Below are positions 45,215-53,855 of a stretch of DNA of 61,448 bases, piece after piece. The DNA comes from a virus. Lineage: Duplodnaviria > Caudoviricetes. The stretch's first letter is position 1. Each line of letters opens with the position of its first letter. The notes under the pieces are model-generated. The model did not search any database and had not been told where the DNA came from. It saw only the letters and a list, made by a program, of their open reading frames with translations. Position numbers and translations under genes: made by a program. Where the stretch lies: the IMG/VR virus record IMGVR_UViG_3300044454_000272, positions 1-61,448 of that record, one strand, 5' to 3'.

Positions 45215-47127
45215 TAGGTGTAGGTACTCTGCTGTTGTACGAGACGGACCTGCTGCTCAAGGACAAGGGCAATCAGTGCCACATGCCGGCAGGCACACCT
45301 GAGGGTGGACAGTTTTGCTCGAGCGAAGGCGGCGGTAGCAGTGAGGAGAGCAAGCCCGTACCGAAAGAGCACGCGGACAAAGTCTACCAAGAGAAGTTGA
45401 ACTCAGCACTCGAGACACTGCGCGGGCACGCGGAGACTGCTGCTATTAGCGGCGGCAAGGTAGCGGACCAGCACCTCCTAGCGTTTAAGGAGGCACGCGC
45501 GCAGGCGCAAGCGGAGTGGAAAGCGTCGCAGACCGGGAGCAAGCCGGAGCCGATCGCCCCGCAAAAAGTTTTCCAGGCCGACCGCAACTTGTACGACCGG
45601 CTGCGCGAAGGGGTTAGTCCTAAGACTGCTTACCAACAATGGCGGCAAGACACGAGCAACGAGAAGGCAGGCAAGGACGTCACGCCCAAGGCGCCGGAAG
45701 AAGCAAAACCCGTTGTCACTGCGCCGCCGCAAGACATAACGGGAGCAGGCAAGCCCGTTGCCATCACACCGCCTACGCCACCGGGAACAATCCCGAAAGG
45801 TGTCAACCCGGATCTGTACGCACAGATGCACGCAACAATGGCGCAGCACTTGGCAACGATGCCCAAGACCGCTGCTATCCGGGAAACGGCGAAGGCGCAC
45901 CCGGAAGCAGACATGAAGCACATGCTGGCGGTAGGCGCAGCACACGGACTCAACGCCAGCACCGTGCGCATTCAGACTGCTACCGCGCGCGGCAACCCGT
46001 GGATGCCGGGACCCAAGACGGTGCCCGTTCCCATTGGCACCAACGAGTTGAACGCCGGTAGCTTCAACAAGGAAGGGGAAGGGCCGGGCAAGTTCTCCCA
46101 GAACAACAGCAAGCTTCAAGATCTGATCGAGAAAGAAGGAAATGCCCATACTTCAGGGCAGCTTAAGGCAAACAACGCAACACGACTGGCGCAAACGCTT
46201 GCGGGTAACGAGGCGTGGCAGAAGATGGCAGCGGTTGGCGGCACTAGCACCTACACCAAAGACAAGAGCGAAGGACTTGCTGCGCGGATCATCAGTAACT
46301 GGGCAAGCCAAAGCGGGGACCACGACAACCTAGCACGGGCGATGCAGCTAGCGGCGCGGGACGAATTTGAGATGAAGGATGCCAAGCTATCGCACATGGG
46401 AATTCACAGCGTGGCCGACGAAGAAAAGATTTGGCGCGACGCCTTTGTGCACGTTACCGGATCTTACAATGACATGCACAACAAAGATTCGATAGCTACC
46501 TTTAAGGAAGCAATGCGCGCCTATACGCGCGCGGAGTACGAAGTCACGCAAGCGTACTTCAAGGAGAAGGGCATCACCGAGGTCAGCGTGTTCCGCGGCG
46601 TGCAGGATGGTGGCGGGGGCAAGCCGAAGGTGGCCTCGTTCCAAGGCCAGCCGCTGTCCTCGTTCAGTTCAAACTACAACACGGCGCGCGCCTTCGGCAG
46701 CACGATCCACATGGCAACTTTCCCGATCACCCATGTACTCGGCAGCACACTGACTGGACGCGGCTGCTTGAGCGAGCGTGAGTTGGTAATACTCGGGCAC
46801 CCGATCAAAACGGTGCAAGCGTCGGGCAGTCATTTCCCGTTGGGCAAGCAAAGCGTCGACGACGTTGGCCGTGCGGCATTCGCACCCAAGATGAAGAAGA
46901 GCCACCTCATCAAAATGCGCAGCAATAATTGGGATGAAGACATCGAGAACGCCGACTGGACAAAGCAGTCGTGGGACCTGCCGCCGTACAAGAGCAAACA
47001 GTTTATGGAGTTACTACAGGTAGACCTCGATCACTTCCGTACCCTGCCCGTGTACAAGAACGCGGTGGCGCGGGGAGCAATTAAAGACGACGCATGGACC
47101 GGGACCGAGAAGGGAGTAACGCTATGA
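45211..47127 (+). CDS. Putative virion cargo: H.PAG..GGQF tag, HTH-like domain, R-S-E ADP-ribosyltransferase-like domain
   Basis: KGNQCHMPAGTPEGGQFCSSEGGG; VFRG, PLSSFS, A.AF, ERELV. Confidence 0.72.
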   Translation: MIGVGTLLLYETDLLLKDKGNQCHMPAGTPEGGQFCSSEGGGSSEESKPVPKEHADKVYQEKLNSALETLRGHAETAAISGGKVADQHLLAFKEARAQAQAEWKASQTGSKPEPIAPQKVFQADRNLYDRLREGVSPKTAYQQWRQDTSNEKAGKDVTPKAPEEAKPVVTAPPQDITGAGKPVAITPPTPPGTIPKGVNPDLYAQMHATMAQHLATMPKTAAIRETAKAHPEADMKHMLAVGAAHGLNASTVRIQTATARGNPWMPGPKTVPVPIGTNELNAGSFNKEGEGPGKFSQNNSKLQDLIEKEGNAHTSGQLKANNATRLAQTLAGNEAWQKMAAVGGTSTYTKDKSEGLAARIISNWASQSGDHDNLARAMQLAARDEFEMKDAKLSHMGIHSVADEEKIWRDAFVHVTGSYNDMHNKDSIATFKEAMRAYTRAEYEVTQAYFKEKGITEVSVFRGVQDGGGGKPKVASFQGQPLSSFSSNYNTARAFGSTIHMATFPITHVLGSTLTGRGCLSERELVILGHPIKTVQASGSHFPLGKQSVDDVGRAAFAPKMKKSHLIKMRSNNWDEDIENADWTKQSWDLPPYKSKQFMELLQVDLDHFRTLPVYKNAVARGAIKDDAWTGTEKGVTL

Positions 47128-47129
47128 GC
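47095..47129 (+). repeat. 35-bp exact direct repeat, copy 2
   Basis: Identical to 30421-30455. Confidence 0.9.
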
Positions 47130-48251
47130 TTCGACAAGCTGAGCAAGACATTGCAGGAGCCGCTGTTCGGCAAAGCGGCGGATGTTGCTGCACTCCGCGC
47201 GATGGGCACGCCGATCGCAGTAGGCTCGGCAACGGATGCAGCGGCGCACGCTGCGGCAACGAGCCCACTCAACCTGCGCGACCATCCAACGGACGGGCAG
47301 AAGGACGCGGGCAATTACAAGAAGGGCCACGTGCGCATCAGCGGACTGCACATCGCCATCGAGAACCCGCAGGGCAGCATCCGTTACAGTCACGCCAACG
47401 TCGATCCGCCGTGGGAGTCGGAGATCAAGAATGCGCATTACGGGTACTTCAAGGGCGTGATGGGTCAGGACAAGGACCACCTCGACGTATTCCTCAAGCC
47501 GTCCACACCCGCCGACTTTTCCGGCGACGTGTACGTCATCGAGCAGGTCGACCAGCAGAGCGGCGAGTTCGACGAGCACAAGGTAATGCTGGGGTACGAC
47601 AGCGAGGACGAGGCGCGCAACGCGTACATGGCGAACTACCCGGACGGGTGGAAGCTGGGCCCGTTCTTGACGATGACACTGCCGGAGTTCAAGGCGTGGA
47701 TTGCTAAAGGTAGCGTGGTGCAGCGCCTGTACGGCAGCGGGCGCGCCGTGTCGTTCGTGCAGCCGCAACCGTTCCTCAGCAAAGGGGACACACCGGGTCA
47801 CGAGTTTCACGGCAATCAATATGGCGGTGGAGGCGGGGGCGGTGCAAAAGAAAAATACGAAGCGGCGATGAAACACTTTCGGGAAGTAAGTGAGGCGCAC
47901 CGAGCAGTAACTATGCAATACCGTGCGCGTGCAGTGGGAGACAAGGAGTTTTTGGAATCGAAGGCCAAGCTGAACGCGGCTTCAAAGGAGGCTGATGCGG
48001 CGGAAGCTGCGCTTTCGCACGAGAAAATGCTTGTCAGCAAGGACGTCACAACCAGCACCGGGCTGATGACACCGCAGGCAGGTGTAACGCACTACGACCG
48101 CCGTGGGGCGCAAGGTCTTGCCAACAAGGCGCAAGGCGTGGACAGTCGCACACCATTCGAAGAATTCGTGGCACGGGAGATCGCAGCCGGCAGACCGCGC
48201 GATCAAGCAGTAGCAATAGCGTATGCCAAGCAAAGGAGCGGCGAGCTATGA
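47124..48251 (+). CDS. Polyvalent-protein-type inorganic pyrophosphatase (InPase) domain + internal GHEFHGNQY tag + QAVAIAY tail
   Basis: PT.GQK.AGNYKKGH, IENP.GS.R, HYGY, D.DHLDVF, FDEHKVMLG; PFLSKGDTPGHEFHGNQYGGGGG. Confidence 0.85.
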   Translation: MSFDKLSKTLQEPLFGKAADVAALRAMGTPIAVGSATDAAAHAAATSPLNLRDHPTDGQKDAGNYKKGHVRISGLHIAIENPQGSIRYSHANVDPPWESEIKNAHYGYFKGVMGQDKDHLDVFLKPSTPADFSGDVYVIEQVDQQSGEFDEHKVMLGYDSEDEARNAYMANYPDGWKLGPFLTMTLPEFKAWIAKGSVVQRLYGSGRAVSFVQPQPFLSKGDTPGHEFHGNQYGGGGGGGAKEKYEAAMKHFREVSEAHRAVTMQYRARAVGDKEFLESKAKLNAASKEADAAEAALSHEKMLVSKDVTTSTGLMTPQAGVTHYDRRGAQGLANKAQGVDSRTPFEEFVAREIAAGRPRDQAVAIAYAKQRSGEL

Positions 48252-48427
48252 AGACAGCAAACGAAGCGCGGTCCGGCATCTTTGCAGAGCCGGCCATGTT
48301 GCTTCGCGGTGCAAACTACCAAGCACCACAACCTGCCACTGCGGAGAAGGCAGCGCTCGTGGATCCCAAGTTCGCTAAGGCCGGCGAACAAGTACCTGTT
48401 GGGTTGACCAAGAGCAGCAAGCCATGA
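48248..48427 (+). CDS. Small protein, 59 aa (absent from ORF track)
   Basis: ATGA overlaps at both ends; MKTANE..FAKAG..LTKSS. Confidence 0.5.
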   Translation: MKTANEARSGIFAEPAMLLRGANYQAPQPATAEKAALVDPKFAKAGEQVPVGLTKSSKP

Positions 48428-48627
48428 CGTGGAGTGCGTTCCGCCGCGGCTCCTTAAGGGCGCTGCTCGTGCTCGAGACAGTGCTGACGATGCCCTTCTT
48501 CCTACTGTCGTGGATGCTGTGCGGCATCGTGTTTGCTGCCATTGCTGGCTACCGTGTAGCGTCCGCATTCGACCAAGAAGAAAAGAAAGACGTGCTCGAG
48601 AAAATTTTCGATTGCGAGGATGAGTGA
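48424..48627 (+). CDS. Small membrane protein
   Basis: Long hydrophobic segment. Confidence 0.5.
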   Translation: MTWSAFRRGSLRALLVLETVLTMPFFLLSWMLCGIVFAAIAGYRVASAFDQEEKKDVLEKIFDCEDE

Positions 48628-50297
48628 ACCCTTTCGCGTTGACTAAGGCCATCGGTGTCAAGCAGACGCTAGGCCAGGAAACAATCGCCCGCGCAGTAAC
48701 CGGCGACGTGCGCACGACTGTCTCCGGCGTGGGACCCACCAACCAAACAGTGTTCATGGGTCCCGGCCAGCCGTTGCAGCCGATGGCGCAAGACACGGCG
48801 TACGGACGGCAGTTCGATTACCCGTGGGGCACCAACCTCGGCTTTACGCCACGGCAGTACGAGCCCATATCGTTCTCCCAGCTGCGCGCGCTGGCCGACT
48901 CCTACGACTTGGTGCGGTTGCTAATCGAAACGCGCAAGGATCAAATGGTCAAGTTCGAATGGGCCATTACTCCGCGCGATCCGGAAGCCAAGCCGGATCA
49001 ACGTTGTAAGGACTTCGCGCAATTCCTCGAGTTTCCCGACCGCCGCAACAACTGGCAAACGTGGTTGCGGGTGCTGCTCGAGGAGTTGCTAGTGACGGAC
49101 GCTGCGTGCCTGCAACCGGTGATGACAGTAGGCGGCGACCTGTACGCGCTTGACTGGTTCGACGGCACGACGCTGCATCTGGTAATTGACGAGACGGGGC
49201 GCGTGCCGCTCCCGCCCGACGTAGCATACCAGCAAATCATTAAAGGCGTGCCTGCCGTGGACTACAGCTCAGACGAGCTGCTGTACATGCCGCGCAACCG
49301 CCGCGTCAACCGCTTGTACGGGTTCAGTCCGGTGGAACAGATTGTAATGACGGTGAACATTGCACTGCGCCGGCAACTCAACCAACTGCAATACTTTACT
49401 GAAGGCAACATACCCGAAGCGCTGATATCGGTGCCGAAGGAATGGAACCCGGCACAGATTAAAGCTTACCAGGAAATGTGGGATACGGACTATGTGGGCA
49501 ACACGGCAGCGCGGCGTAAGCTCAGGTTCATTCCCGATGGTACCAAGTATTACCCAACCAAAGACGAAATATTGAAAGACGTGTTTGATGAGTGGCTCGC
49601 GCGCGTGTGTTGCTATGCCTTCTCCCTGCCGGCGGCACCGTTCATACGTGACCAGAACCGTGCGACTGCGGAATCGGCGAAGGAGGCGGCGCTCGAGGAG
49701 GGTTTGCACCCGCTGATGATGTGGATCCGCGACAACATGAACACGGTGTTGTGGAAATATAAAGGCTGGTATGACTTGCATTTCGTGTGGAGCGAGCAAG
49801 AGCCAACCACACCGATGGACTTAATGACAATCAACACCGGGTACGTCAAGAGCGGTGTGATGAGTATCGACGAAGCGCGCAAAGACATCGGCAAGGAGCC
49901 GGTCGGCATGCCCAACGCAATCATTACGGGCAGCGGCGCGGTGCTAATCCGCGACGTGCTCAATCCACCGGAGCCCGCACCCGTACCGGGAATGCCCGGA
50001 GCAATGCCCGGAGAGCCGGGCGCTCCGTTCCCAGGCGAAGAAGGCAAGAAGAAGGAAGAACAACCGGGCAAGCGCAGCGAGCAGACTGAAGGTAAGGTAC
50101 CGGACGGGGACGCGCCCGCAACTAAGATGTTCGATTTGCACGTACACCTGCCGAAGCAAGACGTGCTCGTGGACAACCCGGTAACGATCAACAACGTTAC
50201 GCGTCAGCTTACCAAGCGCACAGTGCGCGCCAAGCGTGGAGAAAATGGCGAACTCACTGCTGTTGTAGAAGAGGATCCCTTGAAAGGTAACGAATGA
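48624..50297 (+). CDS. Portal protein
   Basis: GPGQPL.P, F.QLRALAD, YQQI.KG.P, YGFSPVEQ, FTEGNIP, NRATAE, SIDEAR; head-module context. Confidence 0.88.
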   Translation: MNPFALTKAIGVKQTLGQETIARAVTGDVRTTVSGVGPTNQTVFMGPGQPLQPMAQDTAYGRQFDYPWGTNLGFTPRQYEPISFSQLRALADSYDLVRLLIETRKDQMVKFEWAITPRDPEAKPDQRCKDFAQFLEFPDRRNNWQTWLRVLLEELLVTDAACLQPVMTVGGDLYALDWFDGTTLHLVIDETGRVPLPPDVAYQQIIKGVPAVDYSSDELLYMPRNRRVNRLYGFSPVEQIVMTVNIALRRQLNQLQYFTEGNIPEALISVPKEWNPAQIKAYQEMWDTDYVGNTAARRKLRFIPDGTKYYPTKDEILKDVFDEWLARVCCYAFSLPAAPFIRDQNRATAESAKEAALEEGLHPLMMWIRDNMNTVLWKYKGWYDLHFVWSEQEPTTPMDLMTINTGYVKSGVMSIDEARKDIGKEPVGMPNAIITGSGAVLIRDVLNPPEPAPVPGMPGAMPGEPGAPFPGEEGKKKEEQPGKRSEQTEGKVPDGDAPATKMFDLHVHLPKQDVLVDNPVTINNVTRQLTKRTVRAKRGENGELTAVVEEDPLKGNE

Positions 50298-50707
50298 AAA
50301 AAGTTACGACCAGCGACCTTGCCAAGCGGTTGATGACGCAGGCGCTTGCGCAGGCAGTGCGCGCCGGTGGTTCGGTCAACATTTACGGCGGCGAGCGCGT
50401 AGGCAGGAGTGAGCCGGCAAGCTTGATGTCGCTGCTGTGCGCTGCCAAAGTCAAATCGTGCGACATGCTTGACGGTACAACGACGCTCAAGATTGCGCTC
50501 GAGTCTGCTTACGTTGTGCAGGACGGCGAACCCAAGTGGTTCCGCGTAGCGGCTGCGGACGGCAGCGGCTTGTGGGACGGCGAAGCAGGACTGGAGAAGG
50601 ACGATCCAGACTTGGTCGTGCCCGCTGAGCGCCTCGTTAAAGGTATCCGCGTGGAGTTCGAGATGTTCGAACACTCTCTGTTCTTCTTGCAGCCGGAAGA
50701 GGAGTAG
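50294..50707 (+). CDS. Putative structural protein
   Basis: G.P.WFRV...DG..WDG motif typical of virion accessory proteins. Confidence 0.6.
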   Translation: MKKVTTSDLAKRLMTQALAQAVRAGGSVNIYGGERVGRSEPASLMSLLCAAKVKSCDMLDGTTTLKIALESAYVVQDGEPKWFRVAAADGSGLWDGEAGLEKDDPDLVVPAERLVKGIRVEFEMFEHSLFFLQPEEE

Positions 50708-50778
50708 TAAAGGTACCAGCCTGTTCTTGACGCTGGTGCTGGGCTTATTGCAGCATTGGCTTAAATAAAAGGGATATT

Positions 50779-51267
50779 ATGACTACATTCACGGCGCCGC
50801 AGCTTACGGCTATCAAAGCGGAAATCCTCGGCGATCCCACGCTTTCGTCGCAGCCCAACGATGGCAACGGCTTGGGTTTTATCGCCGACGCTCTTAATGC
50901 TGTAGTACCTTCCTTCATCGTCTGGAAGTCACTGGTATCTATTGCTGCAACGGGGCAAGCCTTCAACGGCACCGAATTGGCAAACATGACTACAGGCAAT
51001 CTGACGCGATTGCAGACCATCGCGATGTATCTAGCTGGCGGATACAACCCGTCCATCACCGACGTGCGGCAAATGTTCAACGATATCTATTCCGGCGCAG
51101 GAGGGCAGATTACGAGGGCGGCGCTGCTTGTGTTGTGGAAGCGCAGCGCCCTGCGCATTGAGAAGATACTCGTAGTCGGCGGCGCCGGCACCGACGCCTC
51201 TCCGGCAACCCTTGGTTACGAAGGGCGCATCACGCCGACTGAGGTTGACATCGCTCGGAGAAGCTGA
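50779..51267 (+). CDS. Putative structural protein
   Basis: AAGGGA RBS; QL..IKAEI..DP, KR.A.R.EK. Confidence 0.7.
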   Translation: MTTFTAPQLTAIKAEILGDPTLSSQPNDGNGLGFIADALNAVVPSFIVWKSLVSIAATGQAFNGTELANMTTGNLTRLQTIAMYLAGGYNPSITDVRQMFNDIYSGAGGQITRAALLVLWKRSALRIEKILVVGGAGTDASPATLGYEGRITPTEVDIARRS

Positions 51268-51779
51268 TGAGCGTGCAGAACATCTCGTACGGATCGTACA
51301 CCCCGATGACGGTGACGAATCTACAGTCACTGGCAAACGATGCTACAGATCCCTATGCCGGTTGGCAGTCGGCGCGCGTGGACAACACCAGCGTGCTCGC
51401 GCTCGACTACGAGGTGCAGGTTCTGCTGTCTACTGCGGCCACCGCCCCCGCTAACGATCAGTCGGTGTACGTCTACGTTGTGCCGTGGATGAAAGACGGC
51501 AGTAATGTGTGGACGCCAATGGCGAACTTCGGCACGACGACAAGGCCAACCGGAAGCGAGGGCACGGCGAGCATATCTGATCCGAACTCCATGCTCGGGC
51601 CGCTCACGTTGTACTACAAGATCACGTCGCAGCCGTTTGACGGGTTCCTGAGTATTGCGCAGATGTGCGCAGGGATCGTGCCGGACGGCTGGAGCCTTGC
51701 TCTGCGTAATTGCTGCGGCGCCGCTCTCGGCACCGGCTGCGTTGTCGCTTATAGAGCGATTACTGTGACGCAAGCCTAA
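51267..51779 (+). CDS. Putative beta-rich structural protein
   Basis: L.SLA.....GWQS..VDN; Thr/Ser-rich. Confidence 0.7.
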   Translation: MSVQNISYGSYTPMTVTNLQSLANDATDPYAGWQSARVDNTSVLALDYEVQVLLSTAATAPANDQSVYVYVVPWMKDGSNVWTPMANFGTTTRPTGSEGTASISDPNSMLGPLTLYYKITSQPFDGFLSIAQMCAGIVPDGWSLALRNCCGAALGTGCVVAYRAITVTQA

Positions 51780-51781
51780 AG

Positions 51782-52618
51782 ATGACCTCGGTAGGTTACA
51801 ACCCGACCGGCTTCACGGTAAATTGGGACGACCCACTAACCGACGGGCTGGGTGGTTTGTGGATAGGCTATCACGGGATTTTTTACGACATCACAGGGCA
51901 GTGCTCGCCGCTGTACCCGATTAACGGAACCTCATCTGTTACGGTGCGCAACAACGTCATCAACGAAACTCACTATTCGCCAAGAGCTAGTAACGTCATC
52001 TACAGCAACAAGACGCCGTTCTCGCTCAATGGCGCACATGCGCGCTCGATAGCAGCGTGGTACACGGCAGGGTACGCAGTAACGCCGTTCCAGATTTTAG
52101 TGGGATGCTTTGCGCTCAATCGAGACGATGGCGGTGTCCCAGAAGATTACATACAGATGATCCCGTCTGATGCTGGCGTTGACTCAAACAAAATGCGCGC
52201 CGTTTCGTACGAAGGCATCAATACAATCATAGGCAACGCCGGTTCTACGGCCACGACAGGTTGGGAGTTCGTGGCAATGGCGTCGGCACCCGGCCGCACC
52301 GCGCTCTACGATTACGGTGGAACCGCAACCGGCACCGGCTCTACCGGCAACTGGACGCCCATCCAGTATATGTCGATCGGAGGGTTTTGCCTTTGGAATT
52401 ATCCGACTGGAAGGGCGGGTACGACCACGCAAACGTGGAATGGTTACTATGCAATGCCGATGCTTTGGACGCGCGAAATATCGTATGGCGAATTTAGCGC
52501 GATGAGAAATAACCCTCGGAGAATTCTTGTCCCTAAGCGCACGAAGCGGCGTCGTTTGTTTGATATGGGTGCAGCAAACACGACCGGTTTCGGTCGGTTC
52601 ATCGCGGCCACGCAATGA
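51782..52618 (+). CDS. LamG/concanavalin-like lectin-fold protein
   Basis: NW.DPLT.GL, WEFVAM, W.R..S..E...M..NP. Confidence 0.55.
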   Translation: MTSVGYNPTGFTVNWDDPLTDGLGGLWIGYHGIFYDITGQCSPLYPINGTSSVTVRNNVINETHYSPRASNVIYSNKTPFSLNGAHARSIAAWYTAGYAVTPFQILVGCFALNRDDGGVPEDYIQMIPSDAGVDSNKMRAVSYEGINTIIGNAGSTATTGWEFVAMASAPGRTALYDYGGTATGTGSTGNWTPIQYMSIGGFCLWNYPTGRAGTTTQTWNGYYAMPMLWTREISYGEFSAMRNNPRRILVPKRTKRRRLFDMGAANTTGFGRFIAATQ

Positions 52619-52870
52619 GCATCGTATCCTCGACGCACACGGTAGGCACGATTCAGATCGACGGACGCCGATGGGTCAGAGAAGATCACCTCGACAACAT
52701 CGGGCTGCCTCGCGACGCTCATCCTCAATCGCATCGACTCGGGATGGGTGACGGATACGCAGGTACGCAACGCTTTCGGTTTGACTGCGGGGCAGTGGAC
52801 CACACTCAAGGCCAAGATGACGACGTGGCGCACCGAGTACCTCGACGTGCAAGCCGCGGTGGGGGAATAA
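52615..52870 (+). pseudogene. Frameshifted or deletion-fused gene(s)
   Basis: MSIVSSTHTVG..DHLDNIG in one frame, then start-less +1 frame LATLILNRID..QVRNAFGLTAGQWTTLKAKM..AAVGE-stop. Confidence 0.6.
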
Positions 52871-52924
52871 TGAGTAGGCTCCCAACAAAACCGGCTTCGG
52901 CTAATTACACCACACGGTGACACC

Positions 52925-53284
52925 ATGACATTTATTCGCGGAATAGGCACTCCGAACACCAAGGGCGCGGGCTACTACCGCAACGACGACACAGCCAGCG
53001 GAGGCAGCAAAGTAGAGGCTGATATCAAGACTTGTTCGCACTGCCAAGCAATTATCAAGCTGCAAACGTGGAAAGAGCAGGGTAACTTCTGCAACCGCTG
53101 CATGGCTCCGATCTGCGAACGATGCGGGATCGAGATGGACACACTTGGATGTGTCCCCTTCCTCAAGCGGCTGGAGCAGCAAGTTGACTCGATCGTAAAG
53201 TACAGGCAGTATTTGAAGGTGGCGGGGCTGGAGCCGGGGGCCGCGCCGCAACAGTCTCCCGGCATTCTCATCAGCAGGAGTTAA
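52925..53284 (+). CDS. Zn-finger protein
   Basis: CSHC, CNRC..PICERC, C.PF. Confidence 0.7.
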   Translation: MTFIRGIGTPNTKGAGYYRNDDTASGGSKVEADIKTCSHCQAIIKLQTWKEQGNFCNRCMAPICERCGIEMDTLGCVPFLKRLEQQVDSIVKYRQYLKVAGLEPGAAPQQSPGILISRS

Positions 53285-53287
53285 ATC

Positions 53288-53758
53288 ATGGCTCAGTTCT
53301 CTGCACAAAACGGCGCGTTCACGCCGGCCGCCCACGCGACGAACATGAACAACTGGACGTTGGAAGCGGATACACTCGGCGATATCGGCCGGGTCAAGAT
53401 GTTTTCGTGGGGCGGTCGCGGCACGACTTCGACGGGATATCGCACCCGCTGGGCAAGGGCTACGACGAACGGGACGTCTACGTTCACGTCGCTGACGGGC
53501 AATGCGACCAATCCGAGCGCGACAGCCCTGTGCCGGTGCGGCACCTTCGTCACGGCATCAATTGGTGGCGCGGACCCTGCGGCCAATCTGTTTGCGCAAG
53601 ACTGGAACGTGCTGGGCGGCGGCGGCGTTATCATCCTGCCCATCGGCGGGGAGTGGATGGTCGCTGGCGTGTCAGCACCTTATGCGCAAGTGTCTTGCGG
53701 CAACATCGCCGGCGCGGACGCGAATCTGTCGTCCTACGGCGTGACTTGGGAAGAATAA
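53288..53758 (+). CDS. Putative structural protein
   Basis: AGGAG RBS; Gly/Thr-rich; ends WEE. Confidence 0.7.
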   Translation: MAQFSAQNGAFTPAAHATNMNNWTLEADTLGDIGRVKMFSWGGRGTTSTGYRTRWARATTNGTSTFTSLTGNATNPSATALCRCGTFVTASIGGADPAANLFAQDWNVLGGGGVIILPIGGEWMVAGVSAPYAQVSCGNIAGADANLSSYGVTWEE

Positions 53759-53791
53759 GCTGCGCACATTTTGCGTGGTCTAGTCCATCTC

Positions 53792-53829
53792 AAAAAGCCC
53801 GGGGAGCCCATGCGAGCCCCTCGGGCTTT
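53792..53829. terminator. Candidate (bidirectional) intrinsic terminator
   Basis: aaaaagcccgggg..cccctcgggcttt. Confidence 0.5.
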
Positions 53830-53855
53830 CACGCACACACTTGGCGGGATAAAAA

